This document shows, piece after piece, positions 1-7,959 of a DNA stretch of 64,000 nt. The notes beneath the pieces were generated by a model. It had not been told where the DNA came from and did not search any database. It saw nothing but the letters and a program-made list of their open reading frames with translations. The DNA lies in assembly GCA_049646285.1 (NCBI GenBank), contig JBARVN010000065.1, positions 40 through 64,039 of the forward strand, given 5' to 3'. The DNA comes from Albidovulum sp. (GTDB lineage: Bacteria; Pseudomonadota; Alphaproteobacteria; Rhodobacterales; Rhodobacteraceae). A program made the translations under genes and the position numbers. How positions within the stretch are numbered: the first letter of the stretch is position 1; every line of letters starts with the position of its first letter.

Positions 1-1
1 G

Positions 2-196
<195 letters not shown>

Positions 197-208
197 GGAG
201 CAAGTTCC

Positions 209-409
209 ATGATGAACAACATTGGAATACCCGGCCTACTCGTGATCGTTATCTATTGCGTGATCATCGTTGTACCGTTTTTCCAACTATGGAAACGCAC
301 TGGGCACAGCGGATGGATATCGCTTTTGATGCTGGTGCCGCTGGTCAATCTGATCATGCTCTACGTATTGGCCTTCAAGGATTGGCCCGCCATGAAGGAG
401 CGGAACTGA
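209..409 (+). CDS. small hydrophobic membrane protein (66 aa), non-nuo ORF inside the nuo operon
   Basis: GGGAG Shine-Dalgarno sits 8 nt upstream of the ATG. The product has two predicted TM segments. Its C-terminal VLAFKDWP motif is shared with the 95-aa ORF at 1848. The stop lies 4 nt before the next gene. Confidence 0.6.
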   Translation: MMNNIGIPGLLVIVIYCVIIVVPFFQLWKRTGHSGWISLLMLVPLVNLIMLYVLAFKDWPAMKERN

Positions 410-413
410 TCCA

Positions 414-914
414 ATGCCCCTTGAAGGCCATCACCTCGCCGAACTCAACATCGGTCGCCTGATCGCCCCCACCGACGATCCGCGCGTGGCGGAGTTCATG
501 GGCGCGCTCGACCGGATCAACGGCTTGGGCAAGCGGATGCCGGGTTTTGTCTGGATGATGGAAGGCTCGGGCGAGCCGGGGACCGGGAATACGGAGGCCA
601 AGATTGGCGGCGATCCTCAGTTCGTTGCCAACCTGACGGTCTGGGAAAGTGTCGAGACGCTGGAAGCCTTTGTCTGGAACACCGTCCATAGGCAGTTTTA
701 TGAGCGTCGGGCCGATTGGTTTGAAGTGCTGGGCAAGATGCATTTCGTCATGTGGTGGGTGCCTGAAGGGCATGAACCCACGCTAGACGAAGCGCTGGAG
801 CGGTTGGCCCGCAAACAAGAGAACGGCGATACGGATCACGCTTTTGGCTGGTCCTACCTGAAAGAAGCGCAGGCATGGAAAAGCCACGGCTGCGCGCAAG
901 TGGCAGCGGAATAG
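414..914 (+). CDS. DUF3291 domain-containing protein (paralog a)
   Basis: HLAELNIGRLIAPTDDPRVAEFMGALDRINGLGKRMPGFVWMM...LTVWESVETLEAFVWNTVHRQFY...VMWWVPEGHEPT matches my recollection of the DUF3291 family pattern. Tightly packed in the operon. Confidence 0.8.
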   Translation: MPLEGHHLAELNIGRLIAPTDDPRVAEFMGALDRINGLGKRMPGFVWMMEGSGEPGTGNTEAKIGGDPQFVANLTVWESVETLEAFVWNTVHRQFYERRADWFEVLGKMHFVMWWVPEGHEPTLDEALERLARKQENGDTDHAFGWSYLKEAQAWKSHGCAQVAAE

Positions 915-923
915 GAGGACGGA

Positions 924-1340
924 ATGGAGCATTTTTCCCAGTACGGTCATGCTATTGTGTCTTTGTGTCTCTTTGCCTTGATTACATTGCTTTTGTCGCC
1001 CCTTTCGGCGGCAGGTAAGGAAAAGGCCGGTTTGACGCCAGGCTCAATGCCTGATGCGAAATATGGCGAAAGCCTTTACAGGCTGTGCCGCGCCCATATG
1101 AACGCGGTCGAGACGATGCCGGTCTTTGCGGTGGTGGTGTTTTCAGCGATGGTGGCGGGTGCCAATGCGCTTTGGGTGAACATTCTTGCAAGCGCGTTTT
1201 TGGTCAGCCGTCTGTTGATGCTTTTTGTCCACGTGAAGGGTATCGGCGCCCCGGTGCGCGGGCCACGCACATTCATCTACGTCTTTGGCTGGGCGATGCT
1301 GGTGGGTTTAGCGATTATGGCAATCTGGGCGGTGTTTTGA
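924..1340 (+). CDS. MAPEG family membrane protein (glutathione-transferase-like)
   Basis: 138 aa with about 4 TM segments. The layout and motifs (YRLCRAHMNAVETMPVF, SRLLMLFVH) resemble MAPEG/MGST-like proteins. AGGAGG RBS upstream. Confidence 0.65.
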   Translation: MEHFSQYGHAIVSLCLFALITLLLSPLSAAGKEKAGLTPGSMPDAKYGESLYRLCRAHMNAVETMPVFAVVVFSAMVAGANALWVNILASAFLVSRLLMLFVHVKGIGAPVRGPRTFIYVFGWAMLVGLAIMAIWAVF

Positions 1341-1843
1341 GTAACAAGCACACATATCACCTTGCCGAATTCAACTTCGGTGTGCTGCGCCACGATTGGG
1401 ATGATCCCCGCGTGGCGGGGTTTGTGAATGCGTTGGACCGGGTGAATGCCGTCGCCAAGCGCAGCCCCGGCTTTGTCTGGATGCTGAGCGAAGATGCGAT
1501 GGAGACCGAACAGAACACTCCAGATGGTGCGTTGGGTGGCAATCCCCTGATTGCATCCACCCTGTCGGTTTGGGAAGATGTGGCAAGCCTTGATGCCTTT
1601 GTTTTCAACACGGTGCACCGGCAGTTCTACCAGCGCCGGGCGGAATGGTTTGATGCGGTGACCGGTGGCAACTTGGTGATGTGGTGGGTGCCTGTGGGCC
1701 ACCGGCCATCGGTGGCCGAGGGTATGGCGCGCTGGCAGCACCGCGAGGCCAATGGCGACAGCGATCACGCCTTTGGTTGGGCAGTTTTAAAAGACGCGCA
1801 GTTCTGGCAGAGCCGGAATTGTACGCCTGTGGCAGCGGAGTAG
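1337..1843 (+). CDS. DUF3291 domain-containing protein (paralog b)
   Basis: About 50% identical by eye to the ORF at 414-914 (HLAEFNFGVLRHDWDDPRVAGFVNALDRVNAVAKRSPGFVWML...). The first 250 nt of the ORF-track version (1085-) overlap MAPEG out of frame. The most plausible start is TTG 1337, which overlaps the MAPEG TGA. The start is uncertain. Confidence 0.72.
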   Translation: MSNKHTYHLAEFNFGVLRHDWDDPRVAGFVNALDRVNAVAKRSPGFVWMLSEDAMETEQNTPDGALGGNPLIASTLSVWEDVASLDAFVFNTVHRQFYQRRAEWFDAVTGGNLVMWWVPVGHRPSVAEGMARWQHREANGDSDHAFGWAVLKDAQFWQSRNCTPVAAE

Positions 1844-1847
1844 TCGC

Positions 1848-2135
1848 ATGATGGTGTTTTCTTTTCTCGGTCCGGTTGTTGCCTCGGTTCTTTACGTCAT
1901 TGTCTTTCAAAAGGCAGGCTTCAGGGGGGCGAGACTTGCCGTCTGTGCTGCCCCGGTTCTCAGCGCTGTCCTGTCGAATGCGCTGATGGGCTTCATGTAT
2001 ATGGGCGAAGGCTCAATGTTTGCCTTCATCCTCATCACAACGGTGCTTAGCTTTGCGCCTTTGCTTGTTTTGGCCTTTAAGGCCTGGCCACCGGTGGTGT
2101 CCCCACCGCCCCATGCCTCTACGGAGAATACCTGA
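1848..2135 (+). CDS. small hydrophobic membrane protein (95 aa), paralog-like to ORF 209-409
   Basis: Hydrophobic throughout. Shares LVLAFKAWP with ORF 209-409. GGAG lies 7 nt upstream. Its stop overlaps the nuoG ATG (TGATG). Confidence 0.55.
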   Translation: MMVFSFLGPVVASVLYVIVFQKAGFRGARLAVCAAPVLSAVLSNALMGFMYMGEGSMFAFILITTVLSFAPLLVLAFKAWPPVVSPPPHASTENT

Positions 2136-4153
2136 TGTCTGATCTGCGCAAAATCATCATCGACACCACTGAAGTTGAAGTTGATCCCAACCTCACGCTG
2201 ATTCAGGCTTGCGAGCAGGCGGGGGTCGAAATTCCGCGCTTTTGCTATCATGAGCGGCTGACAATTGCCGGGAACTGCCGGATGTGTCTGGTCGAGGTCG
2301 TCGGCGGCCCGCCGAAACCCGCTGCAAGCTGTGCGATGCAGGTCAAGGATCTGCGCCCGGGACCGGAAGGCGCACCCCCGGTGATCAAGACCAATTCGCC
2401 GATGGTCAAGAAGGCCCGCGAAGGTGTGATGGAGTTCTTGCTCATCAACCATCCGCTGGATTGCCCGATCTGCGATCAGGGCGGCGAATGTGATCTGCAA
2501 GATCAGGCCATGGCGTACGGCGTGGATTTTTCCCGCTACCGCGAACCAAAGCGCGCAAGCGAGGATCTGGATCTTGGCCCCTTGGTGGCCACCACCATGA
2601 CGCGCTGTATTTCGTGCACGCGCTGTGTGCGCTTTACCTCGGAAGTGGCTGGCATCACGCAGATGGGCCAGACTGGTCGTGGCGAAGATTCCGAGATCAC
2701 CAGCTATCTCAACCAGACGCTCGACAGCAATCTGCAGGGCAACATCATTGATTTGTGCCCGGTAGGCGCGCTGACCTCAAAACCTTACGCCTTCACCGCG
2801 CGCCCATGGGAGCTGACCAAGACAGAAACCATCGATGTCATGGATGCATTGGGGTCGAACATTCGTGTCGATACCAAGGGTCGCGAAGTGATGCGTATCT
2901 TGCCGCGCAACCATGACGGTGTGAATGAAGAATGGATTTCCGACAAAACCCGCTTCGTGTGGGACGGGTTGCGTCGCCAGCGTCTGGACACGCCTTACAT
3001 CCGTGAAAACGGCAAGCTGCGCAAAGCGACGTGGCCCGAGGCACTGGGGGCTGTGGCCAAAGCGATGAAGGGCAAAAAGGTTGCCGGACTTGTTGGCGAT
3101 CTGGCCCCGGTTGAGGCGGCCTTCAGTCTCAAGCAGATAATCGAAGGGCAGGGCGGCCATGTCGAATGCCGCACCGACGGCGCGAAACTGCCCGCCGGAA
3201 ACCGGTCCGCCTATGTCGGCACCGCATCCATTGCAGATATCGATAGCGCAAAGTTCATCCAGCTTGTCGGTACAAATCCGCGTGTGGAAGCACCGGTGCT
3301 GAATGCGCGTATTCGCAAGGCCTGGATCAACGGTGCCAAGGTCGGGCTGGTCGGTGAGGCGGTGGATCTGACCTATGACTACGCGCATGTGGGCACGGAC
3401 CGGGCTGCACTGGCCGGGTTGTTGGGCCATAAGTTTGGTGCGGTTCTCGATGCCCCTTCCGTGGTCATTGTGGGGCAGGGCGCAATCCGCGAGGCGGATG
3501 GCGAGGCCGTTCTGGCCCATGCGATGAAGCTTGCTGACGCGACGAAATCAAAACTGATGATCTTGCATACGGCTGCGTCGCGTGTCGGCGCGATGGATGT
3601 GGGGGCCGTGACCGAGGGTGGGTTGGCGGCCGCTCTGGACGGGGCCGAGACGGTTTATAACCTTGGCGCTGATGAAGTTGAAATCGCCGCCGGTGCCACG
3701 GTGATCTATCAAGGCAGCCATGGTGACAGGGGCGCGCACCGCGCCGATATTATCCTGCCCGCCGCCGCCTATACCGAAGAAAACGGGCTGTTTGTGAACA
3801 CCGAAGGGCGCCCGCAGCTTGCCATGCGCGCGGGTTTCGCGCCCGGCGAGGCAAAGGAAAACTGGGCGATCTTGCGCGCGCTGTCGGCCGAGCTGGACGC
3901 CACGCTGCCCTGGGATAGTCTTGCGGGGTTGCGTCAGGCGCTGGTGGCGGCACATCCGCATCTGGGCGACATTGATGTTGTGGCCGAAAACACCTGGCAA
4001 GCCTTGCCGGTCAAAGCGCCGGCCAAGGCAGATTTTGTGGGAGCGGTGCAGGATTTCTATCTGACCAACCCGATCGCACGTGCATCACAGCTGATGGCGG
4101 AACTCTCCGCCGGGGCGAAGGCACGCCACGCAAGCCCGTTGGCGGCCGAGTAG
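2135..4153 (+). CDS. nuoG: NADH-quinone oxidoreductase subunit G (75 kDa Fe-S subunit)
   Basis: 672 aa. N-terminal 2Fe-2S/4Fe-4S cysteine motifs ([48 protein letters not shown]). Confidence 0.97.
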   Translation: MSDLRKIIIDTTEVEVDPNLTLIQACEQAGVEIPRFCYHERLTIAGNCRMCLVEVVGGPPKPAASCAMQVKDLRPGPEGAPPVIKTNSPMVKKAREGVMEFLLINHPLDCPICDQGGECDLQDQAMAYGVDFSRYREPKRASEDLDLGPLVATTMTRCISCTRCVRFTSEVAGITQMGQTGRGEDSEITSYLNQTLDSNLQGNIIDLCPVGALTSKPYAFTARPWELTKTETIDVMDALGSNIRVDTKGREVMRILPRNHDGVNEEWISDKTRFVWDGLRRQRLDTPYIRENGKLRKATWPEALGAVAKAMKGKKVAGLVGDLAPVEAAFSLKQIIEGQGGHVECRTDGAKLPAGNRSAYVGTASIADIDSAKFIQLVGTNPRVEAPVLNARIRKAWINGAKVGLVGEAVDLTYDYAHVGTDRAALAGLLGHKFGAVLDAPSVVIVGQGAIREADGEAVLAHAMKLADATKSKLMILHTAASRVGAMDVGAVTEGGLAAALDGAETVYNLGADEVEIAAGATVIYQGSHGDRGAHRADIILPAAAYTEENGLFVNTEGRPQLAMRAGFAPGEAKENWAILRALSAELDATLPWDSLAGLRQALVAAHPHLGDIDVVAENTWQALPVKAPAKADFVGAVQDFYLTNPIARASQLMAELSAGAKARHASPLAAE

Positions 4154-4156
4154 GAC

Positions 4157-4573
4157 ATGGTGCGCCCGATCCCATTCGCGGTATTGGCGGGCGGTCTTTT
4201 GACCGCGCTGAGTGCCTGTGCGGGAACCGGATCCCCTGATGCGTTCAAGTCGACACCCGAAGCCGAGCCGGATTATCTGGGGTCGAGCACGGTCGGATTG
4301 GGCGGCGATCTATATAGCTTTCTGGTGACGATGGAACACCCGCGTGACCTCGATCATCTGGAGAGCTATGTAACCTGCGTCGTGGCGGGCTACACATTGG
4401 AAAAGAACTACGGATTCGCGCGAAAGCTGCGCACGAATTTGCATCAAGAGGGTGGCATTTGGAGCGCGGATGCTGTTTACACCATTTCGCCGACACTGCC
4501 CCGGGGCCTGAAGACCATCGACGCAGAAGTTACGGTGGCAGATTGCACCGATCAGGGCATACCAACTGTCTAA
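4157..4573 (+). CDS. hypothetical lipoprotein (138 aa) between nuoG and nuoH
   Basis: Signal peptide plus lipobox LLTALSAC. Starts 3 nt after the nuoG stop. I recognise no family. Confidence 0.6.
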   Translation: MVRPIPFAVLAGGLLTALSACAGTGSPDAFKSTPEAEPDYLGSSTVGLGGDLYSFLVTMEHPRDLDHLESYVTCVVAGYTLEKNYGFARKLRTNLHQEGGIWSADAVYTISPTLPRGLKTIDAEVTVADCTDQGIPTV

Positions 4574-4597
4574 GAAGGACGGGCTGAGGGACAAAGA

Positions 4598-5635
4598 ATG
4601 GCGGATTTTCTGGCAACACCACTGGGCACGTTCCTGCTGATTGTCGTGCAGTGCCTTGGGGTCATCGGGTTTGTAATGATCTCGCTTCTGTTTCTGGTTT
4701 ATGGGGACAGGAAGATCTGGGCTGCGGTCCAGATGCGGCGGGGACCGAACGTGGTTGGGCCATTTGGCTTGCTGCAATCGGTGGCCGATGCGCTGAAATA
4801 CATTCTCAAGGAAATCGTCGTGCCTGCGGGGGCCGACAAGTTTGTGTTCTTCCTCGCGCCGATGTTGTCTTTCGTGCTGGCGATTCTGGCATGGGCGGTT
4901 ATCCCGTTCAACGACGGCTGGGTCCTGTCTGATATCAATGTGGCCATTTTGTTTGTCTTCGCCATCTCATCGCTGGAAGTCTACGGCGTGATCATGGGTG
5001 GCTGGGCCTCGAACTCCAAATACCCGTTCCTTGGATCGTTGCGGTCGGCCGCACAGATGATTTCTTATGAAGTGTCACTGGGGCTGATCATTGTGGGTGT
5101 CATCATCTCGACCGGGTCGATGAACTTTGGCGATATCGTGCGCGCGCAATCCGGGGATCACGGCCTTCTGAATTGGTACTGGCTGCCGCATTTCCCGATG
5201 GTGTTCTTGTTTTTCATCTCGGCGCTGGCTGAAACCAACCGCCCACCCTTCGATCTGCCCGAGGCTGAATCGGAACTGGTTGCGGGTTATCAGGTGGAAT
5301 ACTCCTCGACCCCCTTCTTGCTGTTCATGGCCGGTGAATACATCGCCATCTTCCTGATGTGTGCGCTGATCTCGCTGCTCTTCTTCGGCGGCTGGCTGAG
5401 CCCAATCCCGGGCCTGCCGGACGGTGTGCTGTGGATGGTTGGCAAGATGGCATTCTTCTTCTTCATGTTCGCCATGGTGAAGGCGATCACACCGCGTTAC
5501 CGCTATGATCAGTTGATGCGCATTGGCTGGAAAGTGTTCCTGCCCTTGTCGATCGGCTGGGTTGTCATCGTCTCGTTTCTGGCGAAATTCGAAGTGTTCG
5601 GCGGCTTTTGGGCGCGCTGGGCGATTGGGGGCTGA
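4598..5635 (+). CDS. nuoH: NADH-quinone oxidoreductase subunit H
   Basis: 345-aa polytopic protein with conserved NuoH/ND1 motifs ([36 protein letters not shown]). Confidence 0.97.
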   Translation: MADFLATPLGTFLLIVVQCLGVIGFVMISLLFLVYGDRKIWAAVQMRRGPNVVGPFGLLQSVADALKYILKEIVVPAGADKFVFFLAPMLSFVLAILAWAVIPFNDGWVLSDINVAILFVFAISSLEVYGVIMGGWASNSKYPFLGSLRSAAQMISYEVSLGLIIVGVIISTGSMNFGDIVRAQSGDHGLLNWYWLPHFPMVFLFFISALAETNRPPFDLPEAESELVAGYQVEYSSTPFLLFMAGEYIAIFLMCALISLLFFGGWLSPIPGLPDGVLWMVGKMAFFFFMFAMVKAITPRYRYDQLMRIGWKVFLPLSIGWVVIVSFLAKFEVFGGFWARWAIGG

Positions 5636-5637
5636 TC

Positions 5638-6141
5638 ATGGGACCGGCACGCACGACCGACTACACCCGCGCGGCAAAGTACTTTTTGCTGATGGATTTC
5701 GTCAAAGGCATGGGCCTTGGGTTGAAATATTTCTTCGGCCCGAAGGCCACGCTGAATTACCCGCATGAAAAGGGGCCGCTTTCGCCCCGCTTTCGCGGCG
5801 AACATGCGCTGCGCCGCTATCCGAACGGCGAGGAACGTTGCATTGCTTGCAAGCTATGCGAGGCGATCTGCCCGGCGCAAGCGATCACCATCGACGCGGA
5901 ACCCCGCGAAGATGGCAGCCGCCGCACTACGCGTTATGACATCGACATGACCAAATGTATTTATTGCGGCTTTTGCCAAGAGGCCTGCCCGGTCGATGCC
6001 ATCGTCGAAGGCCCGAATTTTGAGTTCGCCACCGAAACCCGCGAAGAGCTGTTCTACGATAAGGAAAAGCTGCTTGATAACGGTGCCCGCTGGGAAGCCG
6101 AGATTGCCCGCAACCTTGAACTGGATGCGCCTTACAGATGA
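5638..6141 (+). CDS. nuoI: NADH-quinone oxidoreductase subunit I
   Basis: Two 4Fe-4S ferredoxin motifs ([24 protein letters not shown]). Start set at ATG 5638, directly after the nuoH stop. The ORF-track start at 5608 overlaps nuoH. Confidence 0.95.
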   Translation: MGPARTTDYTRAAKYFLLMDFVKGMGLGLKYFFGPKATLNYPHEKGPLSPRFRGEHALRRYPNGEERCIACKLCEAICPAQAITIDAEPREDGSRRTTRYDIDMTKCIYCGFCQEACPVDAIVEGPNFEFATETREELFYDKEKLLDNGARWEAEIARNLELDAPYR

Positions 6142-6539
6142 ATGCTGACTCCGCACATATCGACACTTACGCGAAGGGCAAGGCCCTGTCGGAAGCGGTC
6201 AACCCGGGCATGGAGGACGCGCTGCGCGCCCGCTATGAAGCGCTGGTGCCAGGGCTGGCCGAGACGGTCGTTGATGTGGCGTATGGCAAGTTCTATGCGC
6301 GGCAGGGTGTGGACGAAAAAACGCGTCTTCTGGCAACTATTGCCGCGTTGACGGCCCTTGGCGGTCAGACCCGGCCGCAACTCAAGGTCAACATCGCCTC
6401 GGCCCGCGCTGTCGGCGCCAGCCGCGAAGAGATTTCCGAGATCATCTTCCAGATGACGCTCTATGGCGGATTTCCGGCGATGATCAATGCGCTGAACGCG
6501 GCCATTGAGGTGTTCGATTCCGAAGAGGAGGCCGCATGA
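6138..6539 (+). CDS. carboxymuconolactone decarboxylase (CMD/AhpD-like) family protein, Cys-less (a)
   Basis: CMD-type core [57 protein letters not shown] overlap with the nuoI stop. Confidence 0.8.
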   Translation: MNADSAHIDTYAKGKALSEAVNPGMEDALRARYEALVPGLAETVVDVAYGKFYARQGVDEKTRLLATIAALTALGGQTRPQLKVNIASARAVGASREEISEIIFQMTLYGGFPAMINALNAAIEVFDSEEEAA

Positions 6540-6943
6540 CCGAGGACTTCCAAAAACTTTTCCAGCAGATGATGCAGCAGGGTCAGGATATGGCCCGGTC
6601 GCTTAATCCTGCTTTGGAAACCTTTAAAGGGCCGGCATTCGACAAGTTGTTTCCGACCATGTCCAAAGACATGATGGAAATGTGGTTCGGCAACACCTTC
6701 AACCGCGAAGGCCTTGATGCCCGCACCCGGCTGTTGGTGACGGTCGCCGCGCTGACCGTATTGGGCGCGCAAGGCGAGCCGCAGATGAAACTGACGATCC
6801 GCCACGCGCTGGAGGCAGGGGCCACCAAGCGCGAAATCGCGGAAGTGATTTATCAGATGAGCATGTTTGGCGGCGTTCCCGCCATGACCAAGGCGCTGGA
6901 AATCGCGCAATCGGTCTTTGCTGAGACGGGAGATGACGCATGA
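6536..6943 (+). CDS. carboxymuconolactone decarboxylase (CMD/AhpD-like) family protein, Cys-less (b)
   Basis: CMD-type core [57 protein letters not shown] overlaps at both ends (with CMD-a and nuoJ). Confidence 0.8.
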   Translation: MTEDFQKLFQQMMQQGQDMARSLNPALETFKGPAFDKLFPTMSKDMMEMWFGNTFNREGLDARTRLLVTVAALTVLGAQGEPQMKLTIRHALEAGATKREIAEVIYQMSMFGGVPAMTKALEIAQSVFAETGDDA

Positions 6944-7548
6944 GTGTCGCGGTATTTGCCTTTTACCTCTTCGCTGTATCGGCGGTGACGGCGGGGCTGA
7001 TGGTTGTGGTCAGCCGCAACCCTGTTCATTCGGTCCTGTGGCTGATCCTTGCGTTTCTGTCCTCGGCGGGCCTTTTCGTGCTGCTGGGGGCCGAGTTCGT
7101 GGCGATGCTTTTGATCATCGTCTATGTGGGCGCGGTTGCGGTGCTTTTCCTTTTCGTTGTGATGATGCTCGATATCGATTTTGCTGAGCTGAAAGGCGAA
7201 ATGGCGCGCTATATGCCGCTGGGCCTGTTGATGGGTGTGATCGTGCTGATGCAGCTGGGCATAGCCTTTGGTGCATGGGAAACCGCCGAGACGGCCGAAG
7301 CGATGCGCGGAGCGGTGACGCCTGAGGGCGTACACAACACCGCCGCTTTGGGCCTGCTGATCTATGACAAATACATCCTGCTGTTCCAGCTTGCCGGTCT
7401 GATCCTGCTGGTCGCGATGATCGGGGCGATTGTTCTGACACTGCGGCACAGGAAGGACGTCAAGCGCCAGAACGTGCTCCACCAGATGTGGCGCGATCCC
7501 GCCAAAGCGATGGAGCTGAAGGACGTGAAGCCGGGGCAGGGGCTCTAA
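6940..7548 (+). CDS. nuoJ: NADH-quinone oxidoreductase subunit J
   Basis: 202 aa, NuoJ/ND6-like membrane protein, in the canonical operon position. Confidence 0.95.
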   Translation: MSVAVFAFYLFAVSAVTAGLMVVVSRNPVHSVLWLILAFLSSAGLFVLLGAEFVAMLLIIVYVGAVAVLFLFVVMMLDIDFAELKGEMARYMPLGLLMGVIVLMQLGIAFGAWETAETAEAMRGAVTPEGVHNTAALGLLIYDKYILLFQLAGLILLVAMIGAIVLTLRHRKDVKRQNVLHQMWRDPAKAMELKDVKPGQGL

Positions 7549-7549
7549 C

Positions 7550-7614
7550 CTGTCACCCCCGCGCAAGCGGGGATCGCGAAAGGGTTGAGGCCCCCGCTTT
7601 CGCGGGGGTGACAG
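7550..7614. repeat. 65-bp nested palindromic element in the nuoJ-nuoK spacer
   Basis: Arms 7550-7572 (ctgtcacccccgcgcaagcgggg) and 7592-7614 (ccccgctttcgcgggggtgacag) are complementary at 22 of 23 positions. Each arm also self-folds: ccccgc-GCAA-gcgggg and cccccgc-TTTC-gcggggg. Confidence 0.75.
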
Positions 7615-7650
7615 ACGAAAGAATATCGGGCGAGGCCCGGAGGGACGAGA

Positions 7651-7956
7651 ATGATCGGATTGACCCACTACCTTGGCGTTGCCGCCGCGCTTTTCGTGAT
7701 CGGCATCTTTGGCATCTTCCTCAACCGGAAGAATGTCATCGTCATCCTTATGTCGATTGAGCTGATGCTGCTTGCGGTGAACATCAACTTCGTCGCCTTC
7801 TCCAGCTTCCTCCATGATCTTGTGGGGCAGGTCTTCACGATGTTCGTGCTGACCGTCGCCGCCGCCGAGGCGGCGATTGGCCTTGCGATCCTTGTCTGCT
7901 TCCACCGCAATCGTGGCACGATCGACGTCGAAGACGTCAATGTGATGAAAGGGTAA
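7651..7956 (+). CDS. nuoK: NADH-quinone oxidoreductase subunit K
   Basis: 101 aa, 3 TM, NuoK/ND4L pattern. GGAGGG RBS. Confidence 0.95.
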   Translation: MIGLTHYLGVAAALFVIGIFGIFLNRKNVIVILMSIELMLLAVNINFVAFSSFLHDLVGQVFTMFVLTVAAAEAAIGLAILVCFHRNRGTIDVEDVNVMKG

Positions 7957-7959
7957 AGT

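Noticed and set aside
1085-1843. 252-aa version of the second DUF3291 gene. Taken at face value it would suggest a fusion or a frameshifted pseudogene overlapping MAPEG.
   Set aside because: The first 84 or so residues are an out-of-frame read of the MAPEG gene (Gly/Arg/Cys-rich). Homology to the paralog at 414-914 begins exactly at residue 85. A TTG start at 1337 explains the gene without invoking a frameshift.
7488-7760. 90-aa plus-strand ORF spanning the nuoJ end, the palindromic element and the nuoK start.
   Set aside because: It is out of frame with both nuo genes and is carried by the palindromic repeat. There is no RBS. I interpret the region as a non-coding structured element.
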